From the NCBI GenBank assembly GCA_903959905.1, contig CAJBYO010000029.1, positions 169,518 through 233,517 of the forward strand: a stretch of 64,000 nt of DNA, read 5' to 3'. The stretch comes from an uncultured Bacteroidales bacterium. Lineage in GTDB: Bacteria; Bacteroidota; Bacteroidia; Bacteroidales; FEN-979. Position 1 is the stretch's first letter. Every line of letters starts with the position of its first letter. Positions 47,117-55,890 of this stretch are shown here, piece by piece. Made by a program: the position numbers and the translations under genes. The notes beneath the pieces are model-generated. The model was not told the DNA's origin. It did no database searches and worked only from the letters and a program-made list of their open reading frames with translations.

Positions 47117-49939
47117 ATGACGAAAATTCACCTGGTCATTTTGCTTACAATTTGCTTCGGAATGAATGTGTTGGCCCAGGTTACCGGTTCACACGGATCA
47201 TCAATGGGAAAAGGGCCCAACGGGATCATTTTTGAAGAAGATTTTAACGGTTTGACGGTTCTGCCAAATGGTTGGACAGTTTATACCCAGGACAGCTGGG
47301 ATATGATTCTTCCGCAAAATGATGAAGTGTTGTTTTTTAAGCAAAGCACGGGTGTTAAAACCATGATCCTGTCGACTCCGCTCGTTGACCTGACCAACGC
47401 CTCCCAGCTTACCTTCCGGTTCAGGTCGGGAAAGGTTATCTCCACGCTGAAAGTCGGGCTTATGTCCGATCCTGCCAACCCTGCAACGTTTCAACTGCTG
47501 ACGCAGTTTCAGGCCGATACGAACATGATCCTGTATACGGTTCCGCTGGGAACTGCAACGGGTTCAAGTTATGTGGCCTTCAACTGGGTGGGGACATACT
47601 TTAAAGCGGCATACCTGGATGATGTGATCATATACGACGACGGCCTGCAGAACAATGTTCCTTCCAATGTAAACAGTGCGCTACTTACACCGGCCCCGAA
47701 CGGAGTTTCGTCAGGAACCCTTTCGTGGGTGAACCCGTCCAATGAAGCCGACGGGGATCCGCTGACTGACCTGGACTCTGTTACAGTCAAATTAAACGGT
47801 TCTTATTATGCCACGGTTCTTAATCCCGTTATCGGAGTGGGCCAGAGCCTCCCGGTGACTGTTCCCCAGCCTGGAATGTATACAGCCACGCTGACGCCTT
47901 ACAATACTGCCGGTGCAGGGGTTCCCAATACCACAACAGAAGTATGGGTTGGGCTGGATATGCCCGCAGAACCGACCGGCGTCATTCTTACGCAGGCAGG
48001 GAACGAGGCAACACTGAAATGGTCTCCCCCGAAGGTTGGAATGCACGGCGGGTACTTTAACGGAGTGGTTACACAATACCTCGTTTGGAGGGCTGACAAC
48101 TGGGAAACGTACGTGCCTGGCACCGACAGTTCAATTGTTATGAACGTTACTGATCCGGGTACATTCAATTACAGGGTTATCCCCGAAAACCCCAGCGGCT
48201 CCGGGCCGGCAGGTGTATCAAACACCGGCGTATTCCTCACGGGCAATTACCTGTTGTGGGAAGATTTCTGGGTTTCGGTTCCGGCACATCTCTGGTCGGT
48301 ACAGGGCGAGAGTTTTTATAACTGGTGGCTTGGAAATTCGAACCTTGCCGGCGGAGACGCACCCGAACTCCTGTTCCAAAGTACAAGTCCTTACTTTAAT
48401 TCATACAGCCGGATGGTGTCACCTTCGTTGAATACATCCGGGAAAAGTGCGGTTACCCTGGAGTTCAGGCACCAGCACACAGCATACGGAGCATATCACC
48501 TGAAGATAGAGACAAGCAGTGATGATGGCCAGACCTGGCAAACAGGACTCCTCATCCAGATTACTGCCGCCCAGCCTGCAGAAACGAAAACGGTTGTACT
48601 TACTACCTCGGATGTCGGGTCGGCAAATTTCAGGTTTGCTTTCACTTTTGAAGGATTTGAGGGGAACCTGGAGACGTTCTCCATTGATAATGTGAGGCTT
48701 TCTCCAACGGTAGGGATTGATGTGGCGGCCAACGCACTGCTGCTCCCTTCGCTCATCCACCCGGCCGATGTGGTCGTTCCCGAAGCAATTGTTCAAAACC
48801 TTGGGATTACGGATGCCCCTTACAAAGCTTACTGCACCATCAGGAACACTGCCGGGATTCTCTACAGTGATTCTGTCACCGCCCTGATCCAGACTGGCAA
48901 ATCGGATACTGTGTCATTTAATTCCGTTGTAATGCCTGAAGGTGAACTGTCGGCCAGCGTGATCGTCCGCTGCTTATCAGACGGTAACCCGCTGAACGAT
49001 ACGGTGCGCAATGATTTTGTCTCCTACCAGACCTACCAGCGGTCCATGGTTCTCCTGGAAGATGCTACAGGGACATGGTGTACATACTGTCCGGGTGCAT
49101 CTATGGGCATTGCCGACCTGATGTCGCACGGGTTTGCGGTTGCCGCCATCAGTTATCATGGCGGCGATAGCTACCAGACACCGGAAAGCAGGGCCAGGAT
49201 CAATTATTACCCTGCCATCACAGGGTTTCCGACGGTGATGTTCGACGGAGTGCTTTCCTATGTCGGTGGCACGCATTCCACCTCCATGTATTCCAATTAT
49301 CTGCCGCTTGTGCAGCAAAGACTTGACAGGGCCACCCCGGTAAAAGTATCCCTTGGCAGCGCCACTATTTCCAGCAATGTGCTTACGGCGCAGGTCGGGC
49401 TCGAATCCCTTTCCCCGGTCAGGAACAACAACCTGGTTGTTCATGCGGTGCTTACAGAATCAAAGATTCAGCAGGCATGGCAGGACCAGACCGAATTAAA
49501 CGAGGTTGAACGGGTGATGTACGCCGATTCAACAGGGACTTCGGTTGACTTATCTGACAAGGCTGAATCCCTCACTGTTCAAATGCCTGTCAACCCTTCA
49601 TGGGTGCAGAATAATCTTCAGCTGGTAGTCTTTGTCCAGGATAAAGTTACCAGGGAGATCTTCAACGCCGATATTAAGCAGCCAGTAACCGGAATGCCTG
49701 ATAACGGATCCGCCCTGTTGCGGCTTTATCCCAACCCTGCATCACAGTTTGTCACGTTCCCGGTGCTGAAGGATGCAACAGTGAAGGTTTATAACCTGGC
49801 CGGTGTCATGGTTTTCTCCGGGGAGCGAATTTCCGGGGCTTACCGCCTGGGCGTAGTGAACCTTGATCCAGGATTGTATCTTGTGAAAGTTTCCGACAGG
49901 GGAGTGGAGTACTCAACCAAGATCCAGGTAATCCACTGA
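47117..49939 (+). CDS. T9SS-secreted surface protein (choice-of-anchor-J-like domains, Fn3-like, Omp28-like thioredoxin-fold CxxC domain, T9SS C-terminal sorting domain)
   Basis: Start moved to MTKIHLVILLTICFGMNVLAQ. FEEDFNGLTVLPNGWTVY and WEDFW..PAHLWSV resemble choice-of-anchor J. LLEDATGTWCTYCPGA resembles Omp28-related proteins. C-terminal LYPNPASQFVTF...GLYLVKV. Confidence 0.7.
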   Translation: MTKIHLVILLTICFGMNVLAQVTGSHGSSMGKGPNGIIFEEDFNGLTVLPNGWTVYTQDSWDMILPQNDEVLFFKQSTGVKTMILSTPLVDLTNASQLTFRFRSGKVISTLKVGLMSDPANPATFQLLTQFQADTNMILYTVPLGTATGSSYVAFNWVGTYFKAAYLDDVIIYDDGLQNNVPSNVNSALLTPAPNGVSSGTLSWVNPSNEADGDPLTDLDSVTVKLNGSYYATVLNPVIGVGQSLPVTVPQPGMYTATLTPYNTAGAGVPNTTTEVWVGLDMPAEPTGVILTQAGNEATLKWSPPKVGMHGGYFNGVVTQYLVWRADNWETYVPGTDSSIVMNVTDPGTFNYRVIPENPSGSGPAGVSNTGVFLTGNYLLWEDFWVSVPAHLWSVQGESFYNWWLGNSNLAGGDAPELLFQSTSPYFNSYSRMVSPSLNTSGKSAVTLEFRHQHTAYGAYHLKIETSSDDGQTWQTGLLIQITAAQPAETKTVVLTTSDVGSANFRFAFTFEGFEGNLETFSIDNVRLSPTVGIDVAANALLLPSLIHPADVVVPEAIVQNLGITDAPYKAYCTIRNTAGILYSDSVTALIQTGKSDTVSFNSVVMPEGELSASVIVRCLSDGNPLNDTVRNDFVSYQTYQRSMVLLEDATGTWCTYCPGASMGIADLMSHGFAVAAISYHGGDSYQTPESRARINYYPAITGFPTVMFDGVLSYVGGTHSTSMYSNYLPLVQQRLDRATPVKVSLGSATISSNVLTAQVGLESLSPVRNNNLVVHAVLTESKIQQAWQDQTELNEVERVMYADSTGTSVDLSDKAESLTVQMPVNPSWVQNNLQLVVFVQDKVTREIFNADIKQPVTGMPDNGSALLRLYPNPASQFVTFPVLKDATVKVYNLAGVMVFSGERISGAYRLGVVNLDPGLYLVKVSDRGVEYSTKIQVIH

Positions 49940-49960
49940 TCAGGGATTAACCGAAATCAC

Positions 49961-50039
49961 ATTTCAGATTGGACGATTTTAGATTGCAGATTGAATTGCT
50001 TGATTTACGATGTACGATTGAGTGCTACTAATCTGAAAT
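49961..50039. repeat. GATT-word array with terminal 10-bp inverted repeat
   Basis: atttcagatt (49961-70) pairs with aatctgaaat (50030-39). The interior, ggacgattttagattgcagattgaattgcttgatttacgatgtacgatt, shares words (ttcagatt, gattggacgattt, gatttacgat) with 22459-22590. Confidence 0.8.
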
Positions 50040-50046
50040 CGATCTT

Positions 50047-50142
50047 GTCCACCAGTCCGCCAGTCTGCCAGTCCGCCTGTCCGCTTGTCCGCCTGTCCGC
50101 TTGTCCGCCTGTCCGCTTGTCCGCTCACCCGCTCACCCATCC
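50047..50142. repeat. 8-bp tandem array GTCCGCnn (12 units)
   Basis: Units read gtccacca gtccgcca gtctgcca (gtccgcct gtccgctt)x3 gtccgctc acccgctc acccatcc. The array lies upstream of the sufB promoter. Confidence 0.92.
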
Positions 50143-50188
50143 ACCCCACTTTTCCCCCTAATCAAGCATTCCAATACCTAAATTATTG

Positions 50189-50196
50189 TATATTTG
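50189..50196 (+). promoter_or_regulatory. -7 box (TAnnTTTG) upstream of sufB
   Basis: tatatttg lies 70 nt upstream of the ATG at 50266. Confidence 0.45.
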
Positions 50197-50265
50197 CACC
50201 ACAATCTGTCAGACCACATTCCGTGGCAAAAAAAATGACTAGATTTGCCCCAAAATATATAATTA

Positions 50266-51723
50266 ATGGAATCCGAAGCAACCAAAATCCTGGACGAAGT
50301 CACCCAGGGTGATTATAAATACGGCTTTGTAACGGAAATTGAAACAGAATTTGCGCCAACCGGGCTCTCTGAGGACACAGTCCGGTATATATCTGCAAAG
50401 AAAAATGAACCCGAGTTCCTGCTTCAGTTCAGGTTGAAAGCCTACCGGCATTGGCTTACCATGTCACAGCCCGAATGGGCCCACCTTAAGATTGACCCGA
50501 TTAACTTCCAGGATATTATTTTTTATGCAGCCCCGAAAAAGAAAAAGGAGTTGTCAAGCCTGGACGAGGTAGATCCGGAGTTGCTGGCTACCTTTAATAA
50601 ACTCGGGATCTCGCTGGATGAGCAAAAAAAACTCACCGGTGTCGCCAGTGTGGCAGTGGACGCAGTGATTGACAGTGTTTCAGTCAAAACGACATTCTCG
50701 GAAACCCTGTCCAAACACGGGATCATCTTTTGTTCGTTCAGTGAAGCAGTGCAGAACCACCCCGACCTGGTGAAACAGTACATGGGCTCGGTGGTACCGT
50801 ATACCGATAACTATTTTGCAGCCCTCAATTCCGCTGTTTTCAGCGACGGCTCATTCTGCTATATTCCGAAAGGTGTTCGTTGCCCGATGGAACTTTCCAC
50901 CTATTTCCGAATCAATGCTGCCAATACAGGCCAGTTTGAACGTACACTGATCGTTGCCGAAGAGGGTGCCTATGTGAGTTACATGGAGGGCTGTACAGCC
51001 CCGCAACGTGATGAGAATCAGCTTCACGCTGCTATTGTTGAGATCGTGGCCATGAAAGATGCCGAAGTGAAATATTCGACAGTTCAAAACTGGTATCCCG
51101 GCGACAAGAACGGGATTGGCGGGATTTACAATTTCGTTACCAAGCGAGGTATCTGCAAGGGAAGCCATTCGAAGATCAGCTGGACACAGGTTGAGACAGG
51201 CTCGGCCATTACCTGGAAATATCCGAGTTGCATTCTGCTTGGAGATAACTCGGTGGGAGAGTTTTATTCTGTGGCCGTAACCAACAATCACCAGCAGGCC
51301 GACACCGGCACAAAAATGATGCACCTGGGAAAGAACACCCGAAGCACGATCATTTCAAAAGGTATTTCTGCCGGGAAGAGCAACAACTCATACAGAGGCC
51401 TGGTTCGTATTTCGAAAAACGCAGCCAACTCCCGCAACTACAGCCAGTGTGATTCGCTATTACTTGGGGCAAAGTGCGGTGCGCATACCTATCCGTACAT
51501 CCAGGTTGACAATAGATCTTCCATTGTGGAACATGAAGCCACCACCTCGAAGATATCTGAAGATCAGCTTTTTTATTGCCAGCAAAGAGGAATCTCAGCT
51601 GAAAGTGCCATCGGACTGATCGTAAACGGTTATGCGAAAGAAGTTTTAAAACAGCTTCCCATGGAATTCGCGGTGGAAGCACAGAAATTGCTGTCTATAA
51701 GTCTGGAGGGCAGTGTAGGGTGA
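50266..51723 (+). CDS. sufB: Fe-S cluster assembly protein SufB
   Basis: 485 aa; [50 protein letters not shown]; followed by sufC and sufD. Confidence 0.95.
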   Translation: MESEATKILDEVTQGDYKYGFVTEIETEFAPTGLSEDTVRYISAKKNEPEFLLQFRLKAYRHWLTMSQPEWAHLKIDPINFQDIIFYAAPKKKKELSSLDEVDPELLATFNKLGISLDEQKKLTGVASVAVDAVIDSVSVKTTFSETLSKHGIIFCSFSEAVQNHPDLVKQYMGSVVPYTDNYFAALNSAVFSDGSFCYIPKGVRCPMELSTYFRINAANTGQFERTLIVAEEGAYVSYMEGCTAPQRDENQLHAAIVEIVAMKDAEVKYSTVQNWYPGDKNGIGGIYNFVTKRGICKGSHSKISWTQVETGSAITWKYPSCILLGDNSVGEFYSVAVTNNHQQADTGTKMMHLGKNTRSTIISKGISAGKSNNSYRGLVRISKNAANSRNYSQCDSLLLGAKCGAHTYPYIQVDNRSSIVEHEATTSKISEDQLFYCQQRGISAESAIGLIVNGYAKEVLKQLPMEFAVEAQKLLSISLEGSVG

Positions 51724-51790
51724 CCTCACCCCCGGCACCCCCTCTCCAAAAAAACGAAAAGGTATGATCCTAGGGACGAGGCACTATTTT

Positions 51791-51825
51791 ACATTTCACA
51801 TTTCACATTTTGCATTTTGAACTTT
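51791..51825. repeat. 7-bp tandem array ACATTTC (5 units) in the sufB-sufC spacer
   Basis: Units read acatttc acatttc acatttt gcatttt gaacttt. The array ends 5 nt before the sufC ATG. Confidence 0.8.
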
Positions 51826-51830
51826 ATCAT

Positions 51831-52583
51831 ATGTTATTACAGATTAAAAACTTACATGCCAGCATCAATGGCAAGGAAATTCTGAAAGGGGTTGACCTGG
51901 ACGTCAGGGAAGGCGAAGTGCATGCCATCATGGGGCCAAACGGAACCGGAAAAAGCACCCTGGCCTCGGTCATCGCCGGACGGGAAGTATTTGAGGTCAC
52001 CGCCGGTGAAATTTTATACAAAGGCAAAGACCTGCATAAACTGTCTATAGAAGACCGTGCCCGGGAAGGCATATTCCTCGGTTTCCAGTATCCTGTTGAA
52101 ATTCCCGGCGTCAGCATCACAAACTTCATGCGTACAGCCGTCAATGAAATTCGGAAATTCAAGGGGCTTGACCCGCTGCCAGGCGGTGATTTTCTCCGGC
52201 TGATGGAAGAGAAGAAAAGGCTGGTGGAGATTACCTCCAACCTTACGAACCGCTCGGTCAACGAGGGGTTTTCAGGGGGAGAAAAGAAAAAGAACGAGAT
52301 CTTCCAGATGGCCATGCTTGAACCCGTGCTGGCCATTCTTGATGAAACCGATTCAGGCCTCGACATTGATGCGCTTCGCATTGTGGCCAACGGCGTGAAC
52401 AAACTGCGTCGCCCCGACAATGCCTTTGTGGTCATCACGCACTATCAGCGGCTCCTTGACTACATCATTCCTGATTTTGTACATGTCCTTTTTGAAGGCA
52501 GGATCGTGAAATCAGGAGGTAAAGAACTGGCCCTGGAACTTGAAGAAAAGGGCTACGACTGGATAAAAAAAGAACAAGAGTAG
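51831..52583 (+). CDS. sufC: Fe-S cluster assembly ATPase SufC
   Basis: [21 protein letters not shown], Walker [13 protein letters not shown] signature [11 protein letters not shown], Walker [11 protein letters not shown]. Start moved from 51810. Confidence 0.95.
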   Translation: MLLQIKNLHASINGKEILKGVDLDVREGEVHAIMGPNGTGKSTLASVIAGREVFEVTAGEILYKGKDLHKLSIEDRAREGIFLGFQYPVEIPGVSITNFMRTAVNEIRKFKGLDPLPGGDFLRLMEEKKRLVEITSNLTNRSVNEGFSGGEKKKNEIFQMAMLEPVLAILDETDSGLDIDALRIVANGVNKLRRPDNAFVVITHYQRLLDYIIPDFVHVLFEGRIVKSGGKELALELEEKGYDWIKKEQE

Positions 52584-52640
52584 CAAACCCTCCCCCTCTT
52601 CGCCAGCGAAAGGGGCCGGGGGTGAGGTAAAATAAACTCA

Positions 52641-54050
52641 ATGCAACCCGAAACCAAAGAAATATTATCTGCTGAAAGATTTATCAATCTTTACGAAAAG
52701 CACCGGGAATTCCTCAGTGCCCAGGATACATCGCATATTGCTGCGCTCCGCGACCAGGCCATGAAGTCATTCACCGGCCTCGGATTCCCGGATACCAGCC
52801 TCGAATCATGGCGCCTCACCGATCTCGATGAGAGTTTTAACCGCGGTTATGATTACCACCTCAAACCTACCACGGGTGTTGACTTCCACAAAGTGTTCCG
52901 CTGCAACATTCCTCACCTGGATACGGCCATCATCGGGCAGTTGAATGGCTGGTATGTGTCGAAAGATGTGCCGCTGATGGAGCTTGGAAATGGAATTATC
53001 ATGGGCAGCCTTGCAGAGGCACGCAAAAAGTATCCCCATCTGGTTGAAAGGTACTACGGTACCATGGCCAATGACTCTGCCGATGGGTTCACCGCGTTGA
53101 ATACGGCTTTTGCACAGGACGGGGTATTTATTTATGTACCCGACAATGTCAAAAGTCCCAGGCCTGTCCAGTTGATCAATGTGATCCATTTTGAGGAGAA
53201 CCTTTTCCTGCAGTCGAGAAATCTGATCGTTGTCGGAGCCAATGCAGGATTGTCACTTGTTCATTGCGACGATTCCTACAACCACCAGGCCAGTTTTTCA
53301 AACATCGTCACGGAGATCCATATCGGGGAGCACGGCGTGATGGATCATTACAAACTTCAGAATATCAACAACAACAGTACCCTGGTAAGCTCTGTGTTCT
53401 TCAGGATGGATGCTTCGGCACAACTGGCATCGCACTATATTTCGCTCAATGGCGGGCTGTTAAGGAACAACATCAGGGTGCATTTCAACGGGCCGCACGG
53501 TCATGCTGCCATTTACGGCATATACCTGATGGATAAGAGGCAGCATGTTGACAACCAGGTGTATGTAGATCATGCGTTCCCTGATTGCTCGAGCAGTGAA
53601 ACGTTCAAGGGAATACTGGATGAACATGCACATGCCATCTTCAACGGTCATGTGCTGGTGCGCCGCGATGCCACGAAAACCGATGCACGGCAAAGCAACA
53701 AGAATATCCTGATGACAGATACGGCAAGGGTGAACTCCAAGCCGTTCCTGGAGATATACAATGATGATGTGAAATGTTCGCACGGATCCACAACCGGCCA
53801 ACTCGACCAGGAGTCTATGTTCTACCTGAGGCAGCGCGGGATAGGCGAGGAGACTGCCAGGATGTTGCTGATGTTTGCCTTTGCCGATGAGGTAGTTTCA
53901 AAGATTGCCATCCCGGAACTGCGCCAGCGCATTGAAGACATGGTTAAGAAACGGCTCCAGGGCGAACTCCAGATCTGCGAGCAGTGCGTGCTGCATTGCA
54001 ATACGCCGGAGCACCCGGTGGAGTTCCAGATTGATCTGAGTAAGATATAA
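52641..54050 (+). CDS. sufD: Fe-S cluster assembly protein SufD
   Basis: SufB/D-family C-terminus (NSKPFLEIYNDDVKCSHGSTTGQLD..MFYLRQRGI), positioned after sufC. Confidence 0.9.
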   Translation: MQPETKEILSAERFINLYEKHREFLSAQDTSHIAALRDQAMKSFTGLGFPDTSLESWRLTDLDESFNRGYDYHLKPTTGVDFHKVFRCNIPHLDTAIIGQLNGWYVSKDVPLMELGNGIIMGSLAEARKKYPHLVERYYGTMANDSADGFTALNTAFAQDGVFIYVPDNVKSPRPVQLINVIHFEENLFLQSRNLIVVGANAGLSLVHCDDSYNHQASFSNIVTEIHIGEHGVMDHYKLQNINNNSTLVSSVFFRMDASAQLASHYISLNGGLLRNNIRVHFNGPHGHAAIYGIYLMDKRQHVDNQVYVDHAFPDCSSSETFKGILDEHAHAIFNGHVLVRRDATKTDARQSNKNILMTDTARVNSKPFLEIYNDDVKCSHGSTTGQLDQESMFYLRQRGIGEETARMLLMFAFADEVVSKIAIPELRQRIEDMVKKRLQGELQICEQCVLHCNTPEHPVEFQIDLSKI

Positions 54051-54078
54051 TCGAATAACATGTTAAAAAACCACTTCC

Positions 54079-55887
54079 ATGACCTCCTCTGGAATTATCT
54101 ACAACCAGCGCATCGGGGAATTCTCCTCCAGAATAACTCAACTGCGTAAACCACTCCGCTGGATCCCCTGGTTCAGGCTGCTGATGTTTGTGCTGACCGG
54201 CTTTTCAGTCTACAATTCCTTTAAATTCCCCGGATTGCCGTTTATTATGTTATCGGTGCTGGCATTCGCATGTTTCCTCGCCGCAGGATGGTATGACAGC
54301 CGGCTGAAGAAAGAGATCAGGCAACTGGAAGCACTCATACAGATCAACCGGCAGGAACTTGCCGCCCTGGATGGAGACATTACCGGGTTTGACCCCGGCA
54401 GGGATTTCATTAACCAGGAGCATCCGTATACCCACGACCTTGATATTTTCGGTACCGGATCCCTGTTTCAGTATGTGAACCGGACTGCGACATTTTTTGG
54501 CAGGGAACGGCTGGCCATGTGGTTCAGGAATGCGTGGGACTACAGGAATGACATACTGCCCCGCCAGCAGGCAGTTGCTGAACTTGCTGCCGATATTGAG
54601 TTCAGGCAGCAACTTCGCCTTATTTTCATGAACAGGGATACGTCGCAGGGCGACCTGGATGCCGTGACAGGCTGGCTTGACGGAAAAGAGGACAGCAAGT
54701 GGCAGAAAACAAGGATGGTATTCTCTTTTTTGTTGCCGCTGATCACTGTATCAACCATCGTTCTTTCCGCTGCAGGGATGCTACCAAGCCAGATCCCTGT
54801 TTTCATGGTGATGATGCAGATGACCATCGTATTTGCCTATGAGCGCAAAACCAGGCTGGTTCACCAGGCAGTTACTTCCCAGGTAGATATTTTAAAGAAA
54901 TATTCCATGGCTTTATCGCTGGCTGAATCAGCCGGCTTTAAATCGGATTACAATACAAGGCTTCAGAAAAAGCTCCATGCCGGTGAGGGTCAAACTCCCG
55001 GGAAAGTGATCAGGCAACTTACCGGTTTGCTGAGCATGATGGACTCCAACCTGAATATCCTTATTTCAGTGATTCTGAACGGACTTTTATTGTTCAACAT
55101 TCATGTCCTCAGGGCTGTTGAAAAATGGAGGAGGAAATTCCGTGGCATGGTTCCTGCCTGGTTTGAGGTAGTGGCAGAACTTGACGCGCTTTCAAGCCTC
55201 GGTACATTCAGTTTCAACAACCCCGGATACACTTACCCGGTGCCCGTTACACAGGAGTTTCAGTTTACTGCTGTCAGGTTAGGGCATCCGCTCATACCTC
55301 ATGATTCATGCGTAACAAATGATGTTGAGATCACCGGGTGGAACCAGTTCCGGATCATCACCGGCGCTAATATGTCCGGGAAAAGCACCTTTCTGCGAAC
55401 CATCGGGGCCAATCTCCTGCTCGCCATGATGGGTGCACCGGTTTATGCCGAAAAGCTTATATTCTATCCCATTGAAATTCATAGCAGTATCCGTACCAAT
55501 GATTCGCTGGCACGGCGTGAATCCTATTTCTATGCCGAGCTGAGAAGACTGAAAGAGATTATCGGCGAGCTTGAGCAGGGGAAAGAGAAACTGATACTTC
55601 TGGATGAGATCCTGAAGGGGACCAACTCCTCCGACAAACAAACCGGGTCAATCGCCCTCATCCGGCAGCTGATGAAATACAAGCTTGCCGGACTCTTTGC
55701 AACCCACGACCTTGCATTGGGGGGGCTTGCTGACCACTATCCCGACAACATCCGGAACCTCTGTTTTGAGATCAGGATTACCGGAGACAGGATGGAAATT
55801 GAATATAAGCTGTTACCCGGTGTTTGTCAAAACCTCAATGCATCCTTCCTGATGAAGAACATGGGAATCATCCTGGAGAATGACTGA
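54079..55887 (+). CDS. MutS-related ATPase (MutS domain V only) with N-terminal transmembrane segments
   Basis: Walker A GANMSGKSTFLRTIG, LLDEILKGTNSSDK, ATHDL. N-terminal hydrophobic helices (WFRLLMFVLTGFSVY; FIMLSVLAFACFLAAGW). No Smr or mismatch-binding domain recognised. Confidence 0.75.
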   Translation: MTSSGIIYNQRIGEFSSRITQLRKPLRWIPWFRLLMFVLTGFSVYNSFKFPGLPFIMLSVLAFACFLAAGWYDSRLKKEIRQLEALIQINRQELAALDGDITGFDPGRDFINQEHPYTHDLDIFGTGSLFQYVNRTATFFGRERLAMWFRNAWDYRNDILPRQQAVAELAADIEFRQQLRLIFMNRDTSQGDLDAVTGWLDGKEDSKWQKTRMVFSFLLPLITVSTIVLSAAGMLPSQIPVFMVMMQMTIVFAYERKTRLVHQAVTSQVDILKKYSMALSLAESAGFKSDYNTRLQKKLHAGEGQTPGKVIRQLTGLLSMMDSNLNILISVILNGLLLFNIHVLRAVEKWRRKFRGMVPAWFEVVAELDALSSLGTFSFNNPGYTYPVPVTQEFQFTAVRLGHPLIPHDSCVTNDVEITGWNQFRIITGANMSGKSTFLRTIGANLLLAMMGAPVYAEKLIFYPIEIHSSIRTNDSLARRESYFYAELRRLKEIIGELEQGKEKLILLDEILKGTNSSDKQTGSIALIRQLMKYKLAGLFATHDLALGGLADHYPDNIRNLCFEIRITGDRMEIEYKLLPGVCQNLNASFLMKNMGIILEND

Positions 55888-55890
55888 CCC

